A stretch of 64,000 bases of DNA. Source: Clostridiaceae bacterium. GTDB lineage: Bacteria > Bacillota > Clostridia > Oscillospirales > Acutalibacteraceae. Location of the stretch: contig JAEEYU010000069.1 in NCBI GenBank assembly GCA_016288315.1, forward strand, positions 14,375-78,374. The letters run 5' to 3'. A program made the position numbers and the translations under genes. Shown in pieces: positions 28,304 through 38,390 of the stretch. Every line of letters begins with the position of its first letter. Position 1 is the first letter of the stretch. The notes under the pieces are model-generated. The model was given only the letters and a program-made list of their open reading frames with translations. It did no database searches and was not told the DNA's origin.

Positions 28304-29203
28304 ATGAATTATACAAACTGGATGTCCGCCGTAAAGGATGAGGTCAGAATAAACAAGCTTGTTATTCCCGCCGCTCATAACGCAGGCACAAAGGGGCTTG
28401 TGAAATTCGGTTGCTGCCAGGACGGCACGCTTTATGAGCAATATCAATACGGAATAAGAGAATTCGGTCTGTTCTACCGTGTAAAAAAAGGTGAGCTTCT
28501 TCTCGCTCACGGGCTGAGCACCGGGGCGACTCTTGAAAGTGCCCTCCGGGATCTCTCAAGAGTTCTTGAAGAGAGCGAAGAGGAGTTTTTCATAATCGAC
28601 CTGCGTCAATACGGCGACCAGAAGATAGGACCGTTCACCCTGCACTACGGCGACAACGGCAACAGAGCCAACGAGCTTGTTGAAAAATATCTGAAGCCCG
28701 AAAAATACGCATACACAGATTTTGAAAAAATAGCCGATATAACAATGGGCGACCTTCGGAAAAGCGGGAAGAAATACCTTCTGCGCTCGCCCGAAAAGCT
28801 CTACACCGGCTCAAGAGATTTCAGAATCTATGATATATGGGACAAAAAAGTTTTCGGCTACAAAACAGAGAAGTTTGCCCGTGTCTGCACCGATTTTCTC
28901 GACACCGAAACCTGTGAGGATTTTTTGTGGTTCCAGACTCAGCAGACTCCAAATTTAGGCACAGAGAACGGGTTGCGGAAATGGCCCAGAGAGCTTGACG
29001 AAGCTTTGCGCCCGTATTTTAAAGATATAATCAGACGCATAGCGGGCAATCCGCTTTACCTTGAAAAAATCAATGTCATAAGCGGCGATTTTATGACGCG
29101 CGACCATATGAAGGTGAACGCCATACTCGGACTTAACCTTGACAAAAATTGTATTAAAGAAGAGTGCATTGACGAGTTTCGGGCACTTATTGAAAATGAT
29201 TGA
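28304..29203 (+). CDS. PI-PLC X-domain (PLC-like phosphodiesterase) protein, no signal peptide
   Basis: NWMS...LVIPAAHNAG, CQ..TLYEQ..YGIR, AHG, EFFIIDL and NVISGDF. ATG 28304. Confidence 0.78.
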   Translation: MNYTNWMSAVKDEVRINKLVIPAAHNAGTKGLVKFGCCQDGTLYEQYQYGIREFGLFYRVKKGELLLAHGLSTGATLESALRDLSRVLEESEEEFFIIDLRQYGDQKIGPFTLHYGDNGNRANELVEKYLKPEKYAYTDFEKIADITMGDLRKSGKKYLLRSPEKLYTGSRDFRIYDIWDKKVFGYKTEKFARVCTDFLDTETCEDFLWFQTQQTPNLGTENGLRKWPRELDEALRPYFKDIIRRIAGNPLYLEKINVISGDFMTRDHMKVNAILGLNLDKNCIKEECIDEFRALIEND

Positions 29204-29212
29204 GGTGACAAA

Positions 29213-30103
29213 ATGAAACACTATTCATCGGCAATAATCGGGCACATCACACTTGATGCAAACACCGACCATCTCGGCAACACTGCTCACATTGTAGGCG
29301 GCGCTGTTGTTTATTCATCGGCAAGTGCTCACGCGCTGGGGCACAGGGTTGCAGCCGTGACAAAGGTTGCAAAAGAGGATGAAAGCAGACTTGCTCAGTT
29401 TGTTATTCCCGAAGAAGATATTTACTGCACATTCAGCAAAAAATCCACCACAATGGCCAACAAATATTTCACGCCCGACAAAGAAAAGCGCGATTGCCGC
29501 GCAGAGAGCGTGGGCGACCCGTTCACGCTTGACGACATTCCCGACCTTGACGCCGAGATTTACCACCTCGCGGGGCTTATCTACGGCGATTTCAACGGTG
29601 AAATGATCAAAGCGCTCTCAAAGAAAGCTCCCCTCGCGGTTGATGTTCAGGCCCTTTTAAGGCATGCCGCGCCCGACGGTTCAATGTTCTTTGAGGACTG
29701 GAGCGAAAAGAAGGAGCTTCTGCCTTACATAAGCTACCTCAAAACAGATGCTGCTGAGGCGGAGATTCTGACAGGCAGTTCCGACAGGTTTGAGGCGGCA
29801 AAAATGCTTTACGGCTGGGGCGCAAAAGAAATCTGCATAACCCACAACACAGAGGTTCTTGCCTATGACGGCAAGGATTTTTACACCTGCCCCATAAGAG
29901 CGAGAAATCTCAGCGGAAGAACGGGCAGAGGCGACACTACCTTTGCCGCTTACATAAACGAGCGCCTCAATAAAAGTATAAAAGAATCGCTCCTGATTGC
30001 GACCGCCACTGTCTCGCTCAAGATGGAAACTCCCGGTCCGCTCAGATGCGAAAGAAAAGATATTGAAGCATATATCGACGAATTCTACGCCGATGTAAAA
30101 TAA
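29213..30103 (+). CDS. PfkB/ribokinase-family kinase, PPi-dependent myo-inositol kinase-like
   Basis: GGAVVY, DVQ, LKTDAAE, GRTGRGDT (in place of DTTGAGD) and SLKMETPGP. Confidence 0.8.
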   Translation: MKHYSSAIIGHITLDANTDHLGNTAHIVGGAVVYSSASAHALGHRVAAVTKVAKEDESRLAQFVIPEEDIYCTFSKKSTTMANKYFTPDKEKRDCRAESVGDPFTLDDIPDLDAEIYHLAGLIYGDFNGEMIKALSKKAPLAVDVQALLRHAAPDGSMFFEDWSEKKELLPYISYLKTDAAEAEILTGSSDRFEAAKMLYGWGAKEICITHNTEVLAYDGKDFYTCPIRARNLSGRTGRGDTTFAAYINERLNKSIKESLLIATATVSLKMETPGPLRCERKDIEAYIDEFYADVK

Positions 30104-30122
30104 AAGAACGCAAAGATATTAA

Positions 30123-30155
30123 TGCCCGGGCTGACCGACAGGGTCAACCCGGGCA
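30123..30155. terminator. Stem-loop between convergent genes
   Basis: TGCCCGGGcTGACC / GGTCAaCCCGGGCA. Confidence 0.6.
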
Positions 30156-30198
30156 ATATTCATTTTATTTTTTTGCAGATGTTAATCGGTTCTCTGTA

Positions 30199-32238
30199 TT
30201 ATAACTCTATTATTTCGTTTTCTTTGTCAGCGCCGATATATCTGACGTTTATCTGTTTTGTTTTGCAGTTTTCCGACGGGACGGCGGTCAGCTTTTCACC
30301 GTCGAATGAGAAATCAATTGTGCTGCCGTTGTCGTCAAACTGGGTAAATTTGCCCTGCGCTCCGCAGAAGACAAGCACGTCGAGGGCATCAAATTCAGTT
30401 GAATTGCCCTGCCTTTCGGGGAGCAGGGGAACTATTGCGCCCGCCTTTGCAAACACGGGGAATTCATTAAGAGGGCAGTTCTCCTCATACTCGCCGCCCG
30501 AATACTTTCTGCCGTTGAAGAAATTAAACCACTCCCCTTCGGGAAGATAGAACTCAACGTCCGGTCCCGGCTGTTTTGCGGGTTTTGTAACGGGAGCCAC
30601 TATCATCTGCTCTCCGAAATAATACTGGTTGCGGTATTTTTCTTTATGGGCGTTTTCGCTTTTGTCGTAATAATACATAGGGCTTATGAGCGGAATGCCA
30701 TCGTCTGCCGTTCTGACATTTGCCGTGTAGAGATAGGGCAGAAGGCGGTGGCGCAGGCGAAGATAATCTTCAGCCGTTTTTTCGACCTCCGGGAAGTTCC
30801 ACGGTTCCTTTGAAATTGACGTATTGTTCGAGTGCAGACGGTTTATGGGCGAGAACACGCCGAACTGGAGCCAGCGCAGATAAAGCTCGTTGTTGCCGGA
30901 ATTGTAAACGTGACCTCCTATGTCGTGGCTCCACCAGGTGTAGCCCGCATTTGAAGCGTTTGCCGTGAACCAGGGCTGAAGTTTCAGACTCTTCCAGAAA
31001 ACGAAGGTATCGCCCGAAAAGCCGAGAGGATAACGGTGCGAACCGATGCCCGCATAACGCGAGAGAATAAGCCCCGTTCTGCCGCCGCGGCAGTTGTCAA
31101 GCATGTGGTAGTGGTTTAGAAGCCAGAGAGGGTCAAGCCCCAACATCGCCTTTGATTTTGTGCCCTGCTGCCAGTCTATCCACCAGAAATCGACGCCCTC
31201 CTCTTCATAAGGATGATGAAGAATATCAAAATAGGCGTTGCGGAATTTTTCATCCGTCAGGTTGAATTTAACGGGTTTTCTTTCGGCAGGATTCTGACCG
31301 ACCGCCTCGCACATATCATTATACTGTTTTTCAAAATATCTGACGCCGTCGTGCGGGTGCAGGTTCATCGTTATTGCAAGGCCTCTTCTTTTGAGATCTC
31401 TGAAAAACTCTTTGTAATCGGGGAACAGACTTTCCTCAAAAGTGTAACCCGTCCACCCGGCGCCCTGAATAACGGTTGGCTTGACATCCTTCGGCACGTT
31501 CTTTACTATGTGCCAGTCCATATCTATTGTGGCTACCGTGAAGGGAATATCTTTATCGCGAAAAGCGTTCATCAGTTCAAGATATTCGCTCTGAGAGTAG
31601 GCGTGGTAGCGGCTCCACCAGTTGCCCAGAGCGTATTTCGGCAGAAGAGGTGTTGCACCGCAAAGGTTGTAAAAATCTTTGAGACCTCCGAGGTAATCGT
31701 CGCCGAAGGCAAAAACATATTTGTCAACAACCTTGAACGGACGCAGTGAAACGGAGCCGTCTTCATTGAAAAGGAAGGAGTCGCTGTCATCTATTTCGGC
31801 AACGCCGTTTGAAGAGAAAATGCCCTTTCGCAGGTGTCCGAGAAAGAAACGGTCGCGTTTTTCTTTTTTTGTTTTCCAGCTGCCGAGGTAGCCGAACGTG
31901 CCGTCAAGCGTGCGGGCTGTTCCGCCGAGATTTGTGCTGTTTGAAGGGTAGCGCCATTTGCCGTTGATTGCCGCTTCGACACGCATTGTGGATGTGTTGA
32001 CACGAAATGAGGTTTTCGGGGTTTTTATTGTGATAAGCCCGCCCTTGTTGTGTTTGATTTCGGGATTGACATCAACAAAATTACGGCAGACAACCATCTG
32101 CGTCGGGTTGTCACAGAAGCCGGTTGATGATTTTTCAACCCGGAGAATTCTGTCGGAAATAACGCTTAAGCGGACATCACCGTAAATAAACACCTGTGAA
32201 TCTTTTGCGGGTGCGTTTTTCATAGCGAACCTTTGCAT
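30199..32238 (-). CDS. GH31 alpha-glucosidase (GH31_u1-like subfamily)
   Basis: NLGGTARTLD, GNWWSRY, IDMDWH, WWIDWQQG (nucleophile), HRYPLGFSGDT and HDIGGH. Confidence 0.9.
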   Translation of the reverse strand: MQRFAMKNAPAKDSQVFIYGDVRLSVISDRILRVEKSSTGFCDNPTQMVVCRNFVDVNPEIKHNKGGLITIKTPKTSFRVNTSTMRVEAAINGKWRYPSNSTNLGGTARTLDGTFGYLGSWKTKKEKRDRFFLGHLRKGIFSSNGVAEIDDSDSFLFNEDGSVSLRPFKVVDKYVFAFGDDYLGGLKDFYNLCGATPLLPKYALGNWWSRYHAYSQSEYLELMNAFRDKDIPFTVATIDMDWHIVKNVPKDVKPTVIQGAGWTGYTFEESLFPDYKEFFRDLKRRGLAITMNLHPHDGVRYFEKQYNDMCEAVGQNPAERKPVKFNLTDEKFRNAYFDILHHPYEEEGVDFWWIDWQQGTKSKAMLGLDPLWLLNHYHMLDNCRGGRTGLILSRYAGIGSHRYPLGFSGDTFVFWKSLKLQPWFTANASNAGYTWWSHDIGGHVYNSGNNELYLRWLQFGVFSPINRLHSNNTSISKEPWNFPEVEKTAEDYLRLRHRLLPYLYTANVRTADDGIPLISPMYYYDKSENAHKEKYRNQYYFGEQMIVAPVTKPAKQPGPDVEFYLPEGEWFNFFNGRKYSGGEYEENCPLNEFPVFAKAGAIVPLLPERQGNSTEFDALDVLVFCGAQGKFTQFDDNGSTIDFSFDGEKLTAVPSENCKTKQINVRYIGADKENEIIEL

Positions 32239-32277
32239 TTCAAATCCTCCTGTCAGATTTTACACAGTATAAAATAT

Positions 32278-32321
32278 ATTTTATCACACTGTCGCCGGGT
32301 TGGCAACAATGACAGGGTGAT
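32278..32321 (-). promoter_or_regulatory. GH31 promoter bracketed by an 11-bp inverted repeat
   Basis: TTGCCA-17-TAAAAT on the minus strand. ATCACACTGTC (32283-93) / GACAGGGTGAT (32311-21). Confidence 0.5.
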
Positions 32322-32372
32322 TATTCAATATGATGAAAAACAATACGTAAATATGCGTGTTTTTCGTTTAAA

Positions 32373-32390
32373 AATGAATAATTATTAATT
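32373..32390. promoter_or_regulatory. ARG box (ArgR/AhrC site) upstream of carA
   Basis: AATGAATAATTATTAATT has one mismatch to WNTGAATWWWWATTCANW. TTGACA at 32417. Confidence 0.5.
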
Positions 32391-32495
32391 ATTTGTCGAT
32401 TTATTCTTAAATACACTTGACAAATACACAAAAAAGTAAATAATAATACATTAAAGGTAATTTAATATAATTTCAGTATATAAAGGAAGAAGCAG

Positions 32496-33590
32496 ATGAA
32501 ACAGTTTGACAGAAAGTTGATTCTTGAAGACGGAGCGGAATACTACGGCTACGGCTTCGGAGGATATTCGCAGAGGGTATGCGAGGTTGTTTTCAACACC
32601 TCGATGGTCGGCTATCAGGAGATTATATCCGACCCGTCATACACCTATCAGGCGGTTGTAATGACATACCCGCTCATCGGCAATTACGGCATTACAGACG
32701 AGGATTTTGAAAGCAAGAATATGACAATAGGCGGTCTTATTGTCAGGGACTACAACGATATGCCGTCAAATTTCCGCTACACAAAAACGCTGTCGGAACT
32801 GCTTGAAGAAAACGACATTCCCGGCATATACGGCATTGACACAAGACAGCTTACAAGGTCAATACGGGATTTCGGCGCAAGGCGCGCCCTTATTACGGGA
32901 ATTGAAACAACAGCCGAGCAGGGCGTTGAGATAATAAAGAACACTCCCGTTCCAACAGATGCGGTGTCGAAGGTCAGCTGCAAAAAACGTTGGTATTCGC
33001 GCACCTCCAACCACAAATACAATGTTGTGGCTGTTGACTGCGGAATAAAGCTGAATATCATCCGCTCGCTCAACAAGGTCGGCTGCAACGTTACAATTGT
33101 GCCCTATGACACGACGGCGGAGGAAATCGAGTTTATGAAGCCCGACGGAATCTTCCTTTCAAACGGGCCGGGCGACCCGGAGGATGTTACACCGGTTATT
33201 GAAGCGGTCAGAAAGCTGAAAGGCAAATACCCGATTTTCGGCATCTGCCTCGGGCACCAGATTATAGGACTTGCCTACGGCGGAAAAACATACAAGCTTA
33301 AATTCGGCCATCACGGCGGAAACCACCCGGTAAAGAACCTGCAGACAGGTAAAATCGAAATAACATCACAGAACCACAACTTTGCCGTTGACGCAAAAAG
33401 CGTTGAGGGAACGGGGCTTGAAGTAACACATCTGAATATACTCGACAACACGGTTGAAGGTCAGGAATGTGCGCAGGACAAAGTTTTCAGCGTGCAGTAT
33501 CACCCCGAGAGCGCTCCCGGTCCGCAGGACAGTTTTTATCTTTTCAACAAATTCCTTGACGCGATGAAGGAGGCGAAAGAGAATGCCTAA
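32496..33590 (+). CDS. carA: Carbamoyl-phosphate synthase small subunit
   Basis: [28 protein letters not shown] and QYHPE. Confidence 0.97.
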   Translation: MKQFDRKLILEDGAEYYGYGFGGYSQRVCEVVFNTSMVGYQEIISDPSYTYQAVVMTYPLIGNYGITDEDFESKNMTIGGLIVRDYNDMPSNFRYTKTLSELLEENDIPGIYGIDTRQLTRSIRDFGARRALITGIETTAEQGVEIIKNTPVPTDAVSKVSCKKRWYSRTSNHKYNVVAVDCGIKLNIIRSLNKVGCNVTIVPYDTTAEEIEFMKPDGIFLSNGPGDPEDVTPVIEAVRKLKGKYPIFGICLGHQIIGLAYGGKTYKLKFGHHGGNHPVKNLQTGKIEITSQNHNFAVDAKSVEGTGLEVTHLNILDNTVEGQECAQDKVFSVQYHPESAPGPQDSFYLFNKFLDAMKEAKENA

Positions 33591-36500
33591 AAGAACCGAT
33601 ATTAAAAAGGTGCTTGTTATCGGCTCGGGCCCCATTGTCATAGGTCAGGCGGCCGAGTTTGACTACGCCGGCACCCAGGCGTGCCTCGCCCTCAAGGAGG
33701 AGGGATACGAGGTAGTTCTCGCCAACTCCAACCCCGCAACAATAATGACTGACACCTCCATAGCAGACAAGGTCTATATGGAACCGCTTACCCTGGAGTA
33801 TCTTGCAAGAATCTGCCGTTATGAGCGCCCCGACGCTATTATTCCCGGACTCGGCGGTCAGACGGGACTCAACCTTGCCATGCGGCTTTCAAAAAAAGGC
33901 GTTCTCGACGAGTGCGGAATTGAGTTGCTCGGCACGGAGGCAAAAAGCATTGAAATGGCAGAGGACCGCGAGCTTTTCAAGGAGCTGTGTGAAAGAATCG
34001 GCGAGCCCGTTGTTCCTTCACAGATAACATACTCTATAGAAGAAGCGATTGAGGCGGCTCACGAAATCGGCTACCCCGTAATATTGCGGCCTGCTTTCAC
34101 GCTCGGCGGCACCGGCGGCGGCTTTGCTGGCAACGATGAAGAAATACGCCTGCTTATGAAAAATGCGCTTGCCGTCTCCCCCGTTCATCAGGTGCTGGTT
34201 GAGAAGAGCATAAAGGGCTACAAAGAGATTGAATACGAGGTAATGCGCGATGCAAACGACACCGCAATTACCGTTTGTAACATGGAAAACCTCGACCCCG
34301 TAGGAATACATACGGGCGACTCAATTGTTGTTGCTCCCAGTCAGACGCTGACGAACAAGGAATACCACATGCTTCGTGACAGTGCACTTAAAATCATACG
34401 CGCTCTCGAAGTTAAAGGCGGATGCAACGTTCAGTTTGCGCTTGACCCGCAGTCGTTCAGATACTATGTAATTGAAGTAAACCCGAGAGTTTCGCGTTCA
34501 TCCGCTCTTGCTTCAAAGGCGAGCGGTTACCCGATAGCCCGTGTTTCGGCAAAAATTGCAGTAGGTATGAATCTTGACGAGATTATGCTTGCAAACACAC
34601 CCGCCTGCTTTGAGCCGACGCTTGACTATGTTGTTACCAAAATGCCGCGCTTCCCCTTCGATAAATTTGCGGATGCGAACAACCGCCTTTCAACACAGAT
34701 GAAGGCAACCGGCGAGGTTATGAGCGTGGGACGCACCATGGAGGAGAGTCTTCTCAAAGCAATACGCTCGCTTGAAATGGGTAAAAACCATATTCACATG
34801 GAGAAATTTGACTCATCACATATGACTGCCGACGACCTGCTCGAATATATAGCAGAGGGCACGGATGACAGAATCTACGCCATATCTCAGCTTATGTGGA
34901 TGGGCGTTGACCACTCGAGAATATGCAACATAACGCAGATTGACATGTTCTTCCTCGACAAAATCAAGAACATTGTTGATTTTGAAAAGGAGATGGAGGC
35001 AAATCCCGACTCTCCCGAGCTGCTTAAAATGGCAAAAAAGATGGGATTCTCCGATTCATACGTGGCGGAGCTCTGGAAAACCACCGAAGACGATATTTAT
35101 GAGCGCAGGGCAAAAGAGGAAATCTTCCCCGTTTACAAAATGATTGACACCTGCGCGAGCGAGTTTGACAGCTATGTTCCCTATTTTTATTCGACCTACG
35201 AGAGTGAAAATGAATCGATAGTCTCGGACAGAAAGAAGATTATTGTTCTGGGCTCGGGCCCCATAAGAATCGGTCAGGGTGTTGAGTTTGACTATTCCAC
35301 CGTTCACGCCGTTGCGGCAATACGTTCTGCAGGCTATGAAGCGATAGTAATCAACAACAACCCCGAAACTGTTTCAACCGACTACACGACCGCCGACAAG
35401 CTCTATTTTGAGCCACTGACGGTTGAGGATGTTATGAACGTAATACACCTAGAAAAGCCGGAGGGCGTAATCGCCACTCTGGGCGGTCAGACTGCCGTAA
35501 ACCTTGCCGCTCCGCTGACGGCGAGAGGGGTTAAAATAATCGGCACGGACTGTGTGGCTATTGACAAGGCGGAAGACAGAGATGCTTTTGACCGTCTTAT
35601 ACGCTCACTCGGCATTCCTCACCCAAAAGGTGAGGCGGTAACGAATATTGAAGCCGGTGTCGAGACAGCCGAAAGAATCGGATACCCCGTGCTTGTGCGC
35701 CCCTCGTTTGTTCTGGGCGGCAGAGCCATGGAGATTGTTGCCAATGAGGAGATGCTGCGCCGCTACCTGACAAACGCCGTAAAGGTTGACGAAGACAAGC
35801 CGGTTCTTGTTGACAAATACATTATGGGCAAAGAAGTTGAGGTTGACGCGGTCTGCGACGGTGAGCAGGTGTTTATACCCGGCATTATGGAGCTTGTTGA
35901 ACGCACGGGCGTTCACTCAGGCGACAGCACAAGCGTTTACCCGCCCTTCAGCATTTCGCAGAAGGTGCGCGACACAATATGCGAATACACGACAAAGCTC
36001 GGTCTGGGCATCGGCATAGTAGGTCTTTTCAACATTCAGTTCATTGTTGATAAAAATGATGACGTGTTCATAATCGAAGTTAATCCCAGAGCGTCAAGAA
36101 GCGTGCCCTTCCTCTCAAAATCGGCGGGCTTCGGGCTTGTAAACATTGCCACACGAGTTATGCTCGGCGAGAGTCTTGCCGCACAGGGAATAACCGAAAT
36201 GGTGCCGAAAGACAAAGGCCGCTGGTATGTAAAAGCACCCGCATTTTCGTTTGAAAAGCTGACCGGTATGGACACATATCTCTCGCCCGAAATGAAGTCA
36301 ACAGGTGAAGCGATAGGTTATGACGACCAGCTCAACCGCGCCATGTATAAGGCAATGCAGGCATCGGGAATCAAGATGAAATATTACGGCACAGTGCTTG
36401 TAAGCATTGCGGATGAAGATAAGGAAGAGGCGTTGCCGCTCATCAAGCGCTTTTACCGTCTCGGCTTCAACATTGAAGCGACGGGCGGCACGGCGGACTA

Positions 36501-36768
36501 CCTCAGGGCAAACGGAATACGCACAAGACTGCGCCATAAAATAGAAAACGGCGACGAAGATATCATCAAAGTTCTGCGTGCGGGATATGTCAGCTACGTT
36601 ATCAGCACAAGATCCGTTATGGACGGCATTAAATTCGGCTCGGGCGCCGCGCTTAGAAAGGCGTCAATTCAGAACGGAGTAACGGTATTCACCTCACTTG
36701 ACACGGTGAGAATAATGCTCGATGTGCTTGAGGACGCCATACCCGCAATATCGACAATAGACGGATAA
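33583..36768 (+). CDS. carB: Carbamoyl-phosphate synthase large subunit
   Basis: MPKRTDIKK...GQAAEFDY, duplicated ATP-grasp domains and a C-terminal MGS domain. Confidence 0.98.
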   Translation: MPKRTDIKKVLVIGSGPIVIGQAAEFDYAGTQACLALKEEGYEVVLANSNPATIMTDTSIADKVYMEPLTLEYLARICRYERPDAIIPGLGGQTGLNLAMRLSKKGVLDECGIELLGTEAKSIEMAEDRELFKELCERIGEPVVPSQITYSIEEAIEAAHEIGYPVILRPAFTLGGTGGGFAGNDEEIRLLMKNALAVSPVHQVLVEKSIKGYKEIEYEVMRDANDTAITVCNMENLDPVGIHTGDSIVVAPSQTLTNKEYHMLRDSALKIIRALEVKGGCNVQFALDPQSFRYYVIEVNPRVSRSSALASKASGYPIARVSAKIAVGMNLDEIMLANTPACFEPTLDYVVTKMPRFPFDKFADANNRLSTQMKATGEVMSVGRTMEESLLKAIRSLEMGKNHIHMEKFDSSHMTADDLLEYIAEGTDDRIYAISQLMWMGVDHSRICNITQIDMFFLDKIKNIVDFEKEMEANPDSPELLKMAKKMGFSDSYVAELWKTTEDDIYERRAKEEIFPVYKMIDTCASEFDSYVPYFYSTYESENESIVSDRKKIIVLGSGPIRIGQGVEFDYSTVHAVAAIRSAGYEAIVINNNPETVSTDYTTADKLYFEPLTVEDVMNVIHLEKPEGVIATLGGQTAVNLAAPLTARGVKIIGTDCVAIDKAEDRDAFDRLIRSLGIPHPKGEAVTNIEAGVETAERIGYPVLVRPSFVLGGRAMEIVANEEMLRRYLTNAVKVDEDKPVLVDKYIMGKEVEVDAVCDGEQVFIPGIMELVERTGVHSGDSTSVYPPFSISQKVRDTICEYTTKLGLGIGIVGLFNIQFIVDKNDDVFIIEVNPRASRSVPFLSKSAGFGLVNIATRVMLGESLAAQGITEMVPKDKGRWYVKAPAFSFEKLTGMDTYLSPEMKSTGEAIGYDDQLNRAMYKAMQASGIKMKYYGTVLVSIADEDKEEALPLIKRFYRLGFNIEATGGTADYLRANGIRTRLRHKIENGDEDIIKVLRAGYVSYVISTRSVMDGIKFGSGAALRKASIQNGVTVFTSLDTVRIMLDVLEDAIPAISTIDG

Positions 36769-36778
36769 AGGCATAATT

Positions 36779-36812
36779 AAAAGGACTTGTTCACGCGGAC
36801 AAGTCCTTTTTT
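36779..36812. terminator. Bidirectional terminator
   Basis: AAAAGGACTTGT / ACAAGTCCTTTTTT. Confidence 0.85.
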
Positions 36813-36826
36813 GTTTATATATTTAA

Positions 36827-37429
36827 TTATTCGAGCAATCCCTTTTTTTGCGAATCTTCAACTATTCTTTCGACGACTTTCCAGACCTCGGGCATTGCCT
36901 CGCGGCAGGCGGCGTTGCGTTTTAACACCATTTCTGTTGTGATGTGGTTACCGCGCCAGGTGTAGCCCTCCGTAATGTAATTATGCAGAAGGGGCTGGAG
37001 ACTGTCAAGCGCGCGGGCGTAAAGAGCAGCAGGCGTTTCGCACTCTTCAAATTCGTTCCATAACGAGCGGAACATTTCACCCTGTTCGCCGAGAATACCG
37101 AACAGGCGGTCTGCCGCCTCGGCTTCACGCTGTTGTTTGGTGGCGTTGCCCTGCTCGTCATAGGCGAAGGTGTCTCCCGCATATATTTCAACGAGGTCGT
37201 GAACGGTTACCATCTGCACGGTTCTGCCGATATCCGCACCCTCGGGAGCGTATTCGGAAAGGACCATTGCACATACGGCTAAATGCCAGGAATGCTCAGC
37301 GTCATTCTCACGCCGTGAACAATCTGTCAGCACTGTTTTGCGAAGCACGTTTTTTGCCTTGTCGCATTCTATTATAAATTCAAGCTGCTTTTTAAGCTTT
37401 TCATTTTCAACAAAATCAAATCTGCTCAT
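36827..37429 (-). CDS. HD-domain hydrolase (HD_3, YfbR/HDDC2-like)
   Basis: RENDAEHSWH, HDLVEIYAGD and ALDSLQP. Confidence 0.88.
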   Translation of the reverse strand: MSRFDFVENEKLKKQLEFIIECDKAKNVLRKTVLTDCSRRENDAEHSWHLAVCAMVLSEYAPEGADIGRTVQMVTVHDLVEIYAGDTFAYDEQGNATKQQREAEAADRLFGILGEQGEMFRSLWNEFEECETPAALYARALDSLQPLLHNYITEGYTWRGNHITTEMVLKRNAACREAMPEVWKVVERIVEDSQKKGLLE

Positions 37430-37430
37430 T

Positions 37431-38384
37431 TTATTCAATAATCTGTTCAAGGTATGGCTTGCCGTCTTTTATCATAACGCTTTTGTTCCATCTGTGTGTG
37501 GAGGTGAAACGAGGACGGATGACGACCTTATCTTCATAAACCTCAAGCACGGCGCCTATACCCATTGTGTCAACCTCTCCGTGGTGATTGCCGCAGGCAA
37601 GACTGGGCATATTGATAAGGCAGACACCGTCTTCATATTCAAAACTTGAATAGCCCTCTGCGGCTTTTTTGTTCTCACCGCAAAGCCCCATATGCGAGTG
37701 ACCGCTGAAATAAAAGACGTTTTTATATTTTTTGAGTATGGAGGCAACCTCATCGCTGCGCTCGCCTATTCCGCCTTCCATCGGGTCGCGGTTCGGGTCT
37801 TCTTCTCTGTCCCAGGTGCGGGGCAGACCGTGCCTGCCGTTCAAGCTCTGGTGGCAGAAGACGAATATCGGCTTGCCGCTTTTGCCCGCCTTTTCCATTT
37901 CGGAGGCAAACCAGTTCATCTGTTCATCGCTGAAATTTGCTTCACAACCCGAGTCGGAATCGGTGCCGAGAAAGATGAAATGATAACCTTTGATAATATG
38001 AGAAAAATACGTTTTTTCACGCTTGTTGCCGGTGATTGTTTTGCTGTATCTGTAAAAATTCTCAACGGCGGCTTCAAAGCCGTCATCGTTCCAGCAGTCG
38101 TGGTTGCCTATTGCAAAAATCATTTTATCGGCGGGATTTCTGTTTTTCAGTGCCTGTGCAGTCAGCTGCCAGTTTTTTTCACTGCCGCGCGAGGTGGTGT
38201 CGCCGACGGTTATGAAGGCATCCATCCTGTTTAACGATTTTTCGGCGTCTTTTGCTACGCTTCTCAGCCAGTATTTGGGCAGAGCGGGCAAGGGATGCCT
38301 GCAGTCAATATGAGTGTCGCTGACTATAAGAGCGTTCAGTTTTATACCCGGATAAAGCGGCTTTAAGCTGCTCATCATTTTCAT
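37431..38384 (-). CDS. Calcineurin-like metallophosphoesterase
   Basis: SDTH, GDT, GNHD, HQ and GHSH. Confidence 0.87.
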   Translation of the reverse strand: MKMMSSLKPLYPGIKLNALIVSDTHIDCRHPLPALPKYWLRSVAKDAEKSLNRMDAFITVGDTTSRGSEKNWQLTAQALKNRNPADKMIFAIGNHDCWNDDGFEAAVENFYRYSKTITGNKREKTYFSHIIKGYHFIFLGTDSDSGCEANFSDEQMNWFASEMEKAGKSGKPIFVFCHQSLNGRHGLPRTWDREEDPNRDPMEGGIGERSDEVASILKKYKNVFYFSGHSHMGLCGENKKAAEGYSSFEYEDGVCLINMPSLACGNHHGEVDTMGIGAVLEVYEDKVVIRPRFTSTHRWNKSVMIKDGKPYLEQIIE

Positions 38385-38390
38385 CTCCGA

